Positions 34,518 through 44,235 of a stretch of DNA of 64,000 bases are shown here, one piece after another (position 1 is the stretch's first letter; each line of letters opens with the position of its first letter). The stretch covers positions 1,435 through 65,434 of the IMG/VR virus record IMGVR_UViG_3300025939_000002. One strand, 5' to 3'. This DNA is from a virus (lineage: Duplodnaviria; Caudoviricetes). A model generated the notes under the pieces. It saw only the letters and a program-made list of their open reading frames with translations, was not told where the DNA came from and did no database searches. The position numbers and the translations under genes are program-made.

Positions 34518-35243
34518 CTACAACCCCGGGATGAACCGGACCGAGTTGCTGCCCCAGTTGCCGCTGCCCCAGGTGTGGCTCGTCGTCGGCCACCCCCAGA
34601 CGCGGCCGGCGAGGACGACGAACGTTCCGATGAATGTCGAGAGGCCGGGCCGCCAGCGGTTCACGATGGCGTTGAGGATGGCCTGCCCGTTCGCGCTGCT
34701 CAGATTCGCGGCGTCGCTCGGGAAGAGGAGCGCGAAGCGGCTCCACAGATCGCCCGTCACGTCGTGGCCGTCCGCGCTGAACTGCCAGCCGGCCCGCCCC
34801 CGGGTGATCATCGTCATCAGCGTTCCGGGGGTGAGTACCCCGCCCGAGAGGAACCAGTAGCGGCCGTTGTCCTGGATGATGTTCGCGCCCGTGTACCCCT
34901 GGACGGCGAGGGCGTTGAGGAGGCCGTAGGGGCCCCCGAGGTACCCGAAGTCGTCCCAGGCCGAGAGCAGGCGCCCCGAGAAGGCTGTGTCGCCCTCGGC
35001 GGGGGCCCGCGGCACCTGGCGGTCCGCCCCGGTGTGGTCGAGGGCGTCGGTGGGCGCCACGCTGGCGGGCTGGTCCGTCTCGCGGGTGACGGAGCCCGGG
35101 AAGCGCGCGAGGACCCCCATGCGGGCCCGGTCGAGGACGTCGTCCTTCGCCCCGCCGAGTTCCCGGACGAAGGCGCCGTCGTTCGTCCCCTGCAGCCAGG
35201 GCGGGCCGCTGAAGAATTGCCAATCGCGATACGAACCAGCCAT
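34518..35243 (-). CDS. baseplate protein I-like (Mu gp48/P2 gpI)
   Basis: ALDHTGADRQVPR..E....F..RL; follows baseplate J; start at 35243. Confidence 0.65.
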   Translation of the reverse strand: MAGSYRDWQFFSGPPWLQGTNDGAFVRELGGAKDDVLDRARMGVLARFPGSVTRETDQPASVAPTDALDHTGADRQVPRAPAEGDTAFSGRLLSAWDDFGYLGGPYGLLNALAVQGYTGANIIQDNGRYWFLSGGVLTPGTLMTMITRGRAGWQFSADGHDVTGDLWSRFALLFPSDAANLSSANGQAILNAIVNRWRPGLSTFIGTFVVLAGRVWGWPTTSHTWGSGNWGSNSVRFIPGL

Positions 35244-36685
35244 CAGAGCGTCTGCCAGGTGAGCTGCTGCGCGAGCAGCGGGGTGGAGGCGGGCAGGATG
35301 GCGACCTTCGTCGAGGCCAGCGCGACGTTGCCGCCGCCGTTGAGCTGGGGCGAAAGGAAGTCGGTGGCGCCGGCGTCCATCACGGCCCGCACCAGGTCGG
35401 CGACGCGGACCACCTGCCCGATGTCGGCCGCGAGCAGGACCGCCTGCCAGCGCGTCTGCGCCGCCGCCTGCACGGCGGCGAGCTGCGCGACGGGGACCTG
35501 GACCGTCCCTGAGGCGGTGATCTCGAGGGGGTCGGCCGCCCGGGCGACGACGATCCGGCCGATGGGCGCCCGCGGGTCGATGTAGGCCTGCACCGCGCTG
35601 ACCGCCCCGCCGGTCACCGCCCCCGCCGCGCCGGCGAGGGTCACGTAGAGCTTGCCGCGGTAGGTGCCGTCCTCCTCGAGGCGCACGCGCGTGACCTCGG
35701 CGCTCGCGGCCTTCGCCCACTTCAGGTAGCGGCTCTGCGCCGGCGGCTGGGTAAGGTCGGGCCAACGCGCCTTGCACCGGGCGATCAGCGCAACGTCGGA
35801 TTCCTGGTCCCTGCCCACCGTGACGAAGGACGTCCCCGGGGTGGCGAGGGAGAACCGATCGCCGGCGACGAAGCTCGGGGTGCCCGCCCCGTTCGCGAAC
35901 GTGACCCGGGTGCCGCTCGGCAGCCCGCTGGCGAGCACGAGGTCGGTCGTGCCGATGACCCCCGCGGAGATGAACGTCCGCCCGCCGTCGGCCGAGTAGC
36001 TCCACGCCCCCGCCCCCACCTGCCCCGAGCTGTCGATCCGGAGGATGAACGTCGCCGTCGTCGGCGTGACCCCGCCCGAGGTCCGGCTGGGCGTGACCGT
36101 CCCCGTGCTGCTGTTCGTGGCGCCCGCCGCCACCGCGCTGAAATCCGCGGCGGCGTTCACCGCGGTGACCCCCGCGAGCGGCGTCAGCATCGTCTTGATG
36201 GTGCCCGCCGCGTCGTTGTAGGAGGCCCCCGGGCCCTCGGCCTGGATCTGGATGGCGAGCGTGCTGCTGATGTTGAGGGTGCCCCCCGTCCGGTTCACCC
36301 AGCGCCGCCCCGAGGCCGCCTGGAACCAGAGCTGCCCCGCCGCGATCGTGTAGGGGCCGTGCGAGCCGTCGCAGGTGAGGGTGAGCGACTGGATCGCGAG
36401 GACCGCGTCGGTGCGGCTGAGGCTGTAAAGCTGCTGGGCCGCGAGCGTGAGCCAGGGGCTGTTCGCGAAGTCGAGCGCCGCCGCGCCGACCATCGCCGGG
36501 ATCGCGGCCCCCATCAGGTCGCCGTCGGCGAGGGCCTCGAGCTCGACCAGGGTCCGCATCACCCCGCCCGAGTTCCAGTCGTCGATAGGGAAGCCCGGGA
36601 TCGCCTTCATCCCGTCGATGAGGGCCTGCTTGATCTGGGCGTCCGTCGGCGGCGCGAGGATGTCGGTGGGGGCGAGGTTGGCCAT
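35243..36685 (-). CDS. baseplate J-like protein, paralogue 2
   Basis: GRDQESDVALIARC...YLKWAKA...V.LAG..GAV...V.AVQAYI. Confidence 0.85.
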   Translation of the reverse strand: MANLAPTDILAPPTDAQIKQALIDGMKAIPGFPIDDWNSGGVMRTLVELEALADGDLMGAAIPAMVGAAALDFANSPWLTLAAQQLYSLSRTDAVLAIQSLTLTCDGSHGPYTIAAGQLWFQAASGRRWVNRTGGTLNISSTLAIQIQAEGPGASYNDAAGTIKTMLTPLAGVTAVNAAADFSAVAAGATNSSTGTVTPSRTSGGVTPTTATFILRIDSSGQVGAGAWSYSADGGRTFISAGVIGTTDLVLASGLPSGTRVTFANGAGTPSFVAGDRFSLATPGTSFVTVGRDQESDVALIARCKARWPDLTQPPAQSRYLKWAKAASAEVTRVRLEEDGTYRGKLYVTLAGAAGAVTGGAVSAVQAYIDPRAPIGRIVVARAADPLEITASGTVQVPVAQLAAVQAAAQTRWQAVLLAADIGQVVRVADLVRAVMDAGATDFLSPQLNGGGNVALASTKVAILPASTPLLAQQLTWQTL

Positions 36686-38151
36686 CAGACGGGCTCCCAC
36701 AGAAGGGCGTTGAGGAGCGTCGAGCCGTCGGGCGGAACGGCCACCTCGCTCGTGCCCAGGGTCAGGTTCGGCGCGCCGCCGGTGAGGGCGAGCGACGAGT
36801 AGTCGAGCGCCCCGGCGTCCATCACCGCCTGCTCGAGCTCGGCGAGGCGCACGGTGCCGCCGATGTCGAGGCTCGCGAGGTAGGCGGTCCAGTTCTTCTC
36901 GGCGGCCGTCTGCACGTCGGCCAGCTTGAGCCGGGGGACCTTCACGTTGCCGGTCACCGCCACGGCCCGCGTGTCGACCGAGAAGACGTTCGCGGCCTCG
37001 GGCGGCTCGAGGCGGGCCGTGATGTATTCCTGGACCGCCACGACGGTGCCGGGCGACGCCCGGCCGGCGGAGCTGCCCAGGTAGACGAGCATCTTCAGGG
37101 CGGCGTTCGGGTCCGCCAGCACGCGCACCCGCGCTACCTCGGGGGCGGCCGCCTTCGCCCAGAGCTCGACCGTGCCGCTCGTCGGGACGTCGGAGAGCGT
37201 GAGCCACCGCGCCCGGCAACGGGCGGCGAGCCGCGCGTCGCTCTCCTCGTCGGAGCCCTGGGCGAGGATCGAGGTGTTCGCCCAGAAGAAGACGTCGCCG
37301 GCGACGAAGGATGGGTTCGTGAAGGGGGAGTCGACGAAGGTGATACGGCTGCCGTCGACCAGGTCCACGACGGCGTCGGCGAAGAACGGGCCCTGGTACG
37401 TCTTGCCGTCGTCCAGGGAGAGCATGCACTGGGCGAAGGGGGCGGTGGCCCCCTGGCCGCTCACCGTGATGAGGAGCCGGTAGCGCTCGGCCGAGGGGGT
37501 GAAGCCCGGCGTCGCCGAGGGGAAGATCTGGCCGGTGCTCGCGCTGCCGGTCATCAGGGCCGCGGGGCTGGGGGTGAGGATGCGGGAATTCTTGACGGCC
37601 ACCCCTGGGAAGCTGGTGACCAGGGTGACGACGGTCCCGGGCGCGTCGTCGTAGGCAGAGCCAGGGTTCTCCGCCTCGAACTGAAGGACCACAGCCGGGA
37701 CGTCTGCCGTTCCGGCTCCCGAAGGAATGGTCCCGCCTTCGGTGTTCCGGTACCGATTAGCCCCAGTGATCGACCCGGCGCCGATGACCACCAGCTCACC
37801 CGGCTGGACCGTGTACGGCCCGGCCGCCCGGCTGCAGATCAGGGTGATCGCCTGAACCGTCTTCGTCGCCGGGTTCCTGTCGAGAAGGAAGAACTGCTGC
37901 GCGAGGAACGTCAGCCAGTCGCCGGCGGCCAGGTCGAGAAAGCCGCCGTCGATGGCTGCCCCTAGCCCTGCTCCCACGAGGTCGGCGATGGCGCCGGCGG
38001 CCATGTCGACAATGCCGCTCTCGAGTCCACCCTGCGCGGTCGGCGCCCAGTCGCTCGTCGGGAAGCCGGCACCCTGCAACCCCGACATGACGCGGGCCCG
38101 GATCTGGTCGGCGGTCAGCGGGGCGCGAAGCGAATCGAGCGAGGCGGTCAC
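36685..38151 (-). CDS. baseplate J-like protein, paralogue 1
   Basis: AAGDWLT; GSDEESDARLAARC; VVAVQEYI. Confidence 0.85.
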   Translation of the reverse strand: MTASLDSLRAPLTADQIRARVMSGLQGAGFPTSDWAPTAQGGLESGIVDMAAGAIADLVGAGLGAAIDGGFLDLAAGDWLTFLAQQFFLLDRNPATKTVQAITLICSRAAGPYTVQPGELVVIGAGSITGANRYRNTEGGTIPSGAGTADVPAVVLQFEAENPGSAYDDAPGTVVTLVTSFPGVAVKNSRILTPSPAALMTGSASTGQIFPSATPGFTPSAERYRLLITVSGQGATAPFAQCMLSLDDGKTYQGPFFADAVVDLVDGSRITFVDSPFTNPSFVAGDVFFWANTSILAQGSDEESDARLAARCRARWLTLSDVPTSGTVELWAKAAAPEVARVRVLADPNAALKMLVYLGSSAGRASPGTVVAVQEYITARLEPPEAANVFSVDTRAVAVTGNVKVPRLKLADVQTAAEKNWTAYLASLDIGGTVRLAELEQAVMDAGALDYSSLALTGGAPNLTLGTSEVAVPPDGSTLLNALLWEPV

Positions 38152-38972
38152 GCGAGGGCCTCCGCGGTGATGAGCTCGACGGTGAGAGCGCTGACGGCCA
38201 CCTGGAACTCGAACGGAGCATCGGCAATCTCGCAGGCGATCGTGATGCTCATCGAGGCCGCGGGGAGGTCCGTCGTCACGGTGACAATGGGGTTCTCCAC
38301 GCGAGGATCCTTCGAGACTTCGGCGGCGATGTCGGCCTGGACCTGAGATATCTGCCCGGACGTCATCCCCGCGTTGAGGTAGCTACGCACGTCGATACCA
38401 TAGTTGCCGTCGTAGAAGAGACCGCCTCGGGGGGTGGTGAGGCGGCGCGCGAGCGCGTTGCCGATATTGCGGACGCTCTTCGCGAGCGTGAAGCTCTTGC
38501 CGGTGTCGGCGATGCAGTCGAGGTCGACACCGGTCTCAACCACATCGGTGCGGGCGAGCGTCGGGGGCGGTGCGATCGGCGGGTTGCTGACGATGGCGAG
38601 CGATGCGTAGGCGAGGCGGGCGCCGTTGCCGACGTGGCAGAGCTTGAGGAGATTAAGGCCGCTGAGGCTCAGCGCCGAGAGGTCGGCGGTGAAGGCGGTC
38701 GGGAAGGTGGCCGTGGGGAGGACCAGCTCGAGGATCACCGTCCCGCTCGCGGCGCCCGCGGTGCTGGGGTCGGTGTTGACGCGCAGCCGGATGGTGTACG
38801 GGACGCTGGAGGAGTAGACGCCCCAGAGGTGAAGCGACGGGTAGGCTGGCAGCAGCGACGGATCGAGCACCCACTCGGTGCGGTTCTGGCCGCCGGTGTT
38901 CACCACCTGCTCGACGGAGGTTGCCGTCGTCTCCGAGAACTGCCGGACCGCAAGGATCGAGGGCGCGCCCAT
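38148..38972 (-). CDS. baseplate wedge gp25/W-like protein with extra N-terminal beta domain
   Basis: C-half: NALARRLTTPRG..FYDGNYGIDV...DPRV. Confidence 0.75.
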   Translation of the reverse strand: MGAPSILAVRQFSETTATSVEQVVNTGGQNRTEWVLDPSLLPAYPSLHLWGVYSSSVPYTIRLRVNTDPSTAGAASGTVILELVLPTATFPTAFTADLSALSLSGLNLLKLCHVGNGARLAYASLAIVSNPPIAPPPTLARTDVVETGVDLDCIADTGKSFTLAKSVRNIGNALARRLTTPRGGLFYDGNYGIDVRSYLNAGMTSGQISQVQADIAAEVSKDPRVENPIVTVTTDLPAASMSITIACEIADAPFEFQVAVSALTVELITAEALA

Positions 38973-38975
38973 CGC

Positions 38976-39764
38976 TCAGTACCACATCACGACGCTGTTG
39001 CTGTTCGAGACACCGCCCGCGAACGAGTCGATCCCCGTCACCTTGATGACCTTCAGGCCCGAGAATGTGTTCACGAAGGTCCCCGCGGCTGAACACGGGT
39101 TTCCCGAGCCTCCGCCCGAGCCAACCATGGACCCCGTCAGCACGACCGTCCCCGTGAGGTCGTTGTAGTTGGCGATATCGGCAATCCGCACCTTGAAGTC
39201 GCCGACAAATTGCACGGCCATGCCCGCAAGCGCGATGTGCACGGTGGCGCCCAGCGGGATCTGGGAGAAGTCGAAGTAGCCGACAACGCCGCCGAGCGAC
39301 TCGGACGGGGGAAAGTTGTTGAAGACCCAGTTGACGTTCGACGGCTGCCAGAACGTCCAGAGCTTCTGCGAATCCGCGTCGACGAGATCGAGCGCGAGCA
39401 GCATGTCCTCCGTCGAGCCCGCCTTGCCGGCGGTGTCCATCTGGGCGGTGCAGTTCACCCGCTTGATGCCCGACGGCTTGCTGTAGGTGGGCCCGGCTAC
39501 CGAGACCAGGCCGACATTCGGGATGGTGATCGTATCGCTGCGGTCAACGCTGTCGCCGCCGCTCGACGGCGTGATGATCCGGACGTTGAGCTGCGCGTGG
39601 CTGCCGCTGTCTGCGGTGGCGACCCGCCCGAGGAGCCGCGGGCAGACCAGCGAGCCCGGCAGCGCCGAGAAGTCGAGGACCGGCGACGTCCCGAAGACCG
39701 GCCCCACGACCGTGTTGGCGGGAATGGAGAAGAGATCCTGCGGGAGGATCAGGTACTGCTCCAT
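38976..39764 (-). CDS. beta-sandwich structural protein
   Basis: Start MEQYL at 39764 (TGATG); lies in baseplate cluster. Confidence 0.6.
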   Translation of the reverse strand: MEQYLILPQDLFSIPANTVVGPVFGTSPVLDFSALPGSLVCPRLLGRVATADSGSHAQLNVRIITPSSGGDSVDRSDTITIPNVGLVSVAGPTYSKPSGIKRVNCTAQMDTAGKAGSTEDMLLALDLVDADSQKLWTFWQPSNVNWVFNNFPPSESLGGVVGYFDFSQIPLGATVHIALAGMAVQFVGDFKVRIADIANYNDLTGTVVLTGSMVGSGGGSGNPCSAAGTFVNTFSGLKVIKVTGIDSFAGGVSNSNSVVMWY

Positions 39765-40354
39765 CAGCCGGTCCTCACGATGCTCGAGAGGAACGTCGCC
39801 GCCTGCCCCTCGAAGGCGGCGAGGGCGGCGACCGCCGCCGCGAGCGCGGCGCCAGCGGCAGCCAGACCGGGCTGCGCGGCGCTGTGGGTGGCGGCAGCCC
39901 CGGCGGCCGCCAGCCCGGCGCCGGCGGCGGCGAGCTGCGCCTCGAGCGTGCTGTGGAGGGTGGCCTCGGCCGCCCGGTAGGTGGTCGCCAGCAGGACCGC
40001 CTCCGTGGCGCCTTCGACGCCGAGCTCGAGGAGGTCCGCCACCAGCGACACCCGCAGGGCCTTGGCTCCCTCCCACAGGAGGGCGATCGGTTTTGCCGGG
40101 TCGCCGTTCTCGAAGGCGACGAGCATCCGCGCCCCCGAGTCCATGTCGACGGTCGCGCCGGGTAGGCCCACCTGGATCGAGAGCGCCGACATCCCGGGCA
40201 GTCGGGGGTCGTCGAGGGTGACGTCGACCGTCTGGCCTCTCTGCGCCACGACCACGCCGCGATAGACCGAGGAGTAGATCGCCCGCGGGTTGGCCGCTCG
40301 CGCCAGCGCGAAAAGGCTTGCCTTTACGCGATCCCAGTTGGCCACCTCGGCCAT
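39764..40354 (-). CDS. baseplate spike (gpV/gp45-like OB fold)
   Basis: YRGVVVAQ...VDV...G.RMLVAFENGDPAKPI. Confidence 0.75.
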   Translation of the reverse strand: MAEVANWDRVKASLFALARAANPRAIYSSVYRGVVVAQRGQTVDVTLDDPRLPGMSALSIQVGLPGATVDMDSGARMLVAFENGDPAKPIALLWEGAKALRVSLVADLLELGVEGATEAVLLATTYRAAEATLHSTLEAQLAAAGAGLAAAGAAATHSAAQPGLAAAGAALAAAVAALAAFEGQAATFLSSIVRTG

Positions 40355-40426
40355 GGTGGCCACGGTGCGCGCCGCCCTACACTTCACGCCCTGCAGGAGA
40401 GCGGCGCTCCGGCCGAAACTCCTGTC

Positions 40427-40939
40427 ATGCGGACTACGATAACGATGGTGGCGATGGTGGCCCTCCTGGGCTGCGCCGGGGCGGAGACGGCGGGTCCCTC
40501 GCCGGACAGCGGAGCGATGACGTCGGCCGAGAGCAACGGCACCGGGGCGACCGGCGGCAGCTCGCCGGCGATGGCCGCTGGCGGGAGCGGCGGGGTTGGC
40601 GGGAGCGGCGGGGTCGCGGGCTCCGGCGGAGCCGGTGGCCAGGGCAGCCCCGACGCGCAGCCGGCCCCGAAGCTCGACGCGATGCCGGCGACCTCGAGCC
40701 CAGACGCTCAGCCCTCGACGGGCGCTCCGCAGGCCTGCGTGTCGAGCCGCATGATCTACGCCGACGTGTGCCTGGACCCGCCCAACAGCAAGAACGGCAA
40801 AGTCCTGCGAAAGGACGGGCGGGACTGCGCATTCTGCGCCACCTACAAGAGCGACGGGACGACCATCGACAAGCAGTTCGTGGGCTGCCTCTCGCAGCGG
40901 GGGGAGATCTGCGTGATGTCCTGCGGGGAGTGCCAGTGA
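40427..40939 (+). CDS. lipoprotein with Gly/Ser linker and Cys-rich C-terminal domain, antisense to the tail operon
   Basis: MVALLG-C lipobox; GGSGGVGGSGG linker; eight Cys in the C-terminal domain. Confidence 0.7.
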   Translation: MRTTITMVAMVALLGCAGAETAGPSPDSGAMTSAESNGTGATGGSSPAMAAGGSGGVGGSGGVAGSGGAGGQGSPDAQPAPKLDAMPATSSPDAQPSTGAPQACVSSRMIYADVCLDPPNSKNGKVLRKDGRDCAFCATYKSDGTTIDKQFVGCLSQRGEICVMSCGECQ

Positions 40940-40986
40940 CTCCACGGTCTCCACGCGGCCGAGAAGCCGCGCCATCGCCGCCGTCG

Positions 40987-41661
40987 CTAGGCCTCGAACC
41001 ACACCGCCGTCCGCGCCCCCTCCCCGTCGAGCCGATGCTCGACGTACGAGACCCGCCGGCCGCCGAGGGCCGTGCCTGGTAGCAGCGCGGGGGCCTCGAC
41101 CCCCAGCTCGGCCGCCCCGTCCTCGGGTCGCTCGGCGAGGTCCTGGTAGTCCGTCACGTTCATCAGCCGGCTGTCGGGCCAGGTCTCCTGACCGATGAAC
41201 AGCGAGCCGTCCGGCAACACACGCCATGTCGTCGCGGGCGGGAGTCGGACGTCCTCGAGCAGGGCCGCGATCATCCGGCCCACGGGTTGAGCCGTGGTCA
41301 CCCAGCCCGGAAAGGTCAGCGCCAGGGTGGTGGCGTCGGACGAGCTCGCCAGGCGCTCGCCGGCGGTGGCGAGGAGCGCTTGCAGCACTGCCCGCAGGGT
41401 CGTCTGCCGGTAGTGCTGAGCCCGCGCCGTCTTTGTCAGCCCCCCGGCACCGCCCACGACCAGCAGCCTCGCCGTGTCGAGCCACACCCCGCTGGCGACC
41501 GCGGTGCCGACGAGGGTCAGCCCGCCGGCGATCGCCAGCGTGCACCCGCCCGTGATGGCCGCGGAGCCGTCCACGGCGAAGTTCGCCGTCCACGCCCCCA
41601 CCCGCGGCATGCAGATCGAGCCGTGGAAGACAGGCCGGCCGTTGAGGGTCGCGAAGGCCAC
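40987..41661 (-). CDS. baseplate hub protein (gpD/gp44-like)
   Basis: Position after tube initiator; MPRVGAW; WRVLPDGSLFIG. Confidence 0.65.
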   Translation of the reverse strand: MAFATLNGRPVFHGSICMPRVGAWTANFAVDGSAAITGGCTLAIAGGLTLVGTAVASGVWLDTARLLVVGGAGGLTKTARAQHYRQTTLRAVLQALLATAGERLASSSDATTLALTFPGWVTTAQPVGRMIAALLEDVRLPPATTWRVLPDGSLFIGQETWPDSRLMNVTDYQDLAERPEDGAAELGVEAPALLPGTALGGRRVSYVEHRLDGEGARTAVWFEA

Positions 41662-41662
41662 C

Positions 41663-42271
41663 TCAGTCGACCCCGCCCTTGTGGCTGACAGGCTGGCCGC
41701 CCGGGTGGATGCCCGTCTTCGAGGGCGGCTCGCCGGCTTCGTTCCGAGCGGGGTTGAAGTGAACGTTGATGGGCCCGAAATCGATCGAGCTGCGCGCGGT
41801 CTTGGTCTTGCCGGGCTTCTGCTCGACGTACTCGACGCATTTGATCTTGATGACCCGCGAGCCCCAGACCGGCCCCTTCTCGGGAACGGAGACGCCGAGG
41901 ACTACTACATCGGTGATGCCCCAAAGCGCGAATGCGGGGTTTTTGATCGGCACGGCGAGCGCCTTGGCCTTCGTCTTCTTGTTCGGCTTCGTCCAGATCT
42001 TGGACGAGATCTCCTCCATCCTCCTCAGGTGCTCGGGCAGCCAGATGAGGCACTCGATCGTGATCGGCCCCGGGAGGTAGCCGTTGACGGTGATGGTGGC
42101 GCCGTCGACCCCACCGGCCTTCTTCTTGTCGAAGGCCAGTTGCGGCTCGCCCTTGACCGTGCAGATCCCGGGCAGTTGCAGGCCGCCGATGGAGACGGTG
42201 TCCCACTCGTCGGGGGCGTAGAGGGGCCCGAAGACGCCGGTCCCGACCGGATCCCAGAAAGGCAGAGCCAT
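41663..42271 (-). CDS. tail tube initiator / distal tail protein
   Basis: Directly after tape measure; start MALPFW at 42271. Confidence 0.6.
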   Translation of the reverse strand: MALPFWDPVGTGVFGPLYAPDEWDTVSIGGLQLPGICTVKGEPQLAFDKKKAGGVDGATITVNGYLPGPITIECLIWLPEHLRRMEEISSKIWTKPNKKTKAKALAVPIKNPAFALWGITDVVVLGVSVPEKGPVWGSRVIKIKCVEYVEQKPGKTKTARSSIDFGPINVHFNPARNEAGEPPSKTGIHPGGQPVSHKGGVD

Positions 42272-44052
42272 CAGGTGCCCGCCTCGTGCTGCATCCGCTG
42301 GAACGCCGACTGGAGAGCGCCGGGCAGAATCGCCTCGACGACAGTCGCCACCTGCTGGCCGATCTGCTCGCCGGCCTCGCCGCCGCCGTGTCCCGCGCCT
42401 CCCACGTTGGTGGTCACGTTGACGGTGACCTGGATGGGCCCGGCGGCGGCGCCCATCGAGGCGGGCTGCGCGTAGGAGCCGGCCGGCTGGATGTCCGGCA
42501 TCGCGGCGAGCGAGCCGTCGAGCCCCTCGAGATATCCCTCGCCGGACATCTCGCCGAGGTTCTTGAAGACCTTCGAGGGCGACTCGGCCTTGATCTCCTT
42601 CTTCATCCCGCCGTGCGCCGCCTCGCCCATCTCGGTGGTGGCGTCCCTCACCTTCGGGGTGGTCTCCTCGAGACCCTCGACGGCGCCCTCGCCCATCGCC
42701 TTGCCGAAGAGCCTGCCGCGGATGTAGGCGTCGCCCGAGGCCCCGCCCGGGCCGGCCGGACCGCCCGCCGGAAGGCCCAGCGCCGCTTGCGCCGACCTGT
42801 GGAGCTTGTCGGCATCGAAGGCAGGCGACTTCGGCCTGAGGGCGTCGGCGATCATCTGCCCTACCAGGGTGTGCTCGAAGGCCCAAGCCTCGACCTTGGC
42901 AAAGGCCAACACCGCCTCGGTCAGCTTGATGAGGAGGTTCACGAGAGCCGGCAGCTTTTCGATCAACCGGCCCACATCGTCGATGAACTTCCCCATGTCG
43001 ATCTTCGCGAGGGCGTCGACAAACTTGGTAAGCGACTTGTCGATGCTCTCGAAGAACCTCATACCGAGCGGCGTCTTCGGATCTAGCCGCTCGGTCAGGT
43101 CCTTGATGAACGCGTTGAGGCGCTCGAACGCCGGGGACTTGGCGATCTGCTTGTAGAGCTCCTCCGGGACCTCCTTGAAGTGCGTAATGGTCGCGCCCAT
43201 CGTCTTGCTCATCGCCTCGGCCGGGTCTCCCAGCGCCTTGCCGGTTCGCTTGCGAATGAGGTCATAGAGCGCGGCCAGCGCCTGGTCGGCATCGAGGGTT
43301 CCCTTTTCCATCTCCTTCTTGAGGGTCGCCGCCGACTTGCCGGTCCGCACTGCCAGGTCAGCCAGGAAGTCCTTCTCGCCGGCGCCGACGCCGCGGAGGG
43401 TTCGGTTGTCGACGTGACCGGTGCGCTTGATCTGTTCGAGCGCGAAGGCCGCCTGGTCGAGATTCCCTTCGGGCAGGGCCGCCAGGTCCGCCGCCGCCGC
43501 AACGGCGTATCGAAGACCCTGCCCCGCGAACCCGACGCGGATGAAGCCCGCGGCCAGGGCTTGTAGTCTCTCCAAGGTGAACTCGGTGTGATTGTGGATC
43601 TCCTCCAGGTACTCGAGCAGATGCTCGCCCCCCTCCTCGCCGAGGAGCAGCTTGAAGGACTTCTCGGTCCGCTCCGCCATGGCCCCGGCGTGAACGATCT
43701 CCTCGCCGAGCTCCTTGACCTTGTCGACGACCTTCTCAACGACCTCGTAGGCGAGCGCCACGCCGAGTCCCTCGGCGAACTCGAGGACGGCGTGCCTCGC
43801 CCCCTCGTACTGGTGCCCGAGCTCCCAGACCGCGTGGCTGTGCTTGCCGTGGGCGCCGGCCGCCGCGTGGCTTGCGTGCTCGGCGTGCTCGACGGAGTGC
43901 GCGGCGTGATCCACCGAGTGGGTGACCTGCTTCGCGCTCTTGTCGAGCTCGTGCAGCGCCTTCGTCGACTTGTCGATGGCGGCGGTGCCCTCGTTCAAGC
44001 CGTCCATCTTGGCGTCGAGGTCGAGCAGGAACTCCACGCTCTCCTGGCTCAT
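42271..44052 (-). CDS. tape measure protein
   Basis: Helical and Ala-rich; tape_meas-like TEFTLERL...ALEQIK; ends IKAESPSKVF. Confidence 0.85.
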   Translation of the reverse strand: MSQESVEFLLDLDAKMDGLNEGTAAIDKSTKALHELDKSAKQVTHSVDHAAHSVEHAEHASHAAAGAHGKHSHAVWELGHQYEGARHAVLEFAEGLGVALAYEVVEKVVDKVKELGEEIVHAGAMAERTEKSFKLLLGEEGGEHLLEYLEEIHNHTEFTLERLQALAAGFIRVGFAGQGLRYAVAAAADLAALPEGNLDQAAFALEQIKRTGHVDNRTLRGVGAGEKDFLADLAVRTGKSAATLKKEMEKGTLDADQALAALYDLIRKRTGKALGDPAEAMSKTMGATITHFKEVPEELYKQIAKSPAFERLNAFIKDLTERLDPKTPLGMRFFESIDKSLTKFVDALAKIDMGKFIDDVGRLIEKLPALVNLLIKLTEAVLAFAKVEAWAFEHTLVGQMIADALRPKSPAFDADKLHRSAQAALGLPAGGPAGPGGASGDAYIRGRLFGKAMGEGAVEGLEETTPKVRDATTEMGEAAHGGMKKEIKAESPSKVFKNLGEMSGEGYLEGLDGSLAAMPDIQPAGSYAQPASMGAAAGPIQVTVNVTTNVGGAGHGGGEAGEQIGQQVATVVEAILPGALQSAFQRMQHEAGT

Positions 44053-44056
44053 CGGC

Positions 44057-44235
44057 TCACTTCTTCATGGTCAGGAACTCGCGCACGAGGCGGAGGCAGT
44101 GCAGCCCGTCCGCCAGCAGCAAGGCGCCCGTGAAGGCCTCCTCGCCATCCCCGTCCGCGCCGTGGAAGAAGGCGGTCAGGGCGGCCGCCGCGGCGAAGTG
44201 GTCCTTCTTCGCCCGCTCCAGGCGCGCTAGAGTTT
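44057..44235 (-). CDS. tail assembly chaperone downstream (-1 frame) segment
   Basis: KTLARLERAKKDHFAAAA...MKK; no start codon of its own; GC3-rich codons. Confidence 0.55.

Noticed and set aside
40560-40640. GGCGGG-type repeats as a DNA repeat element
   Set aside because: They are explained by the GGSGG linker of the lipoprotein.
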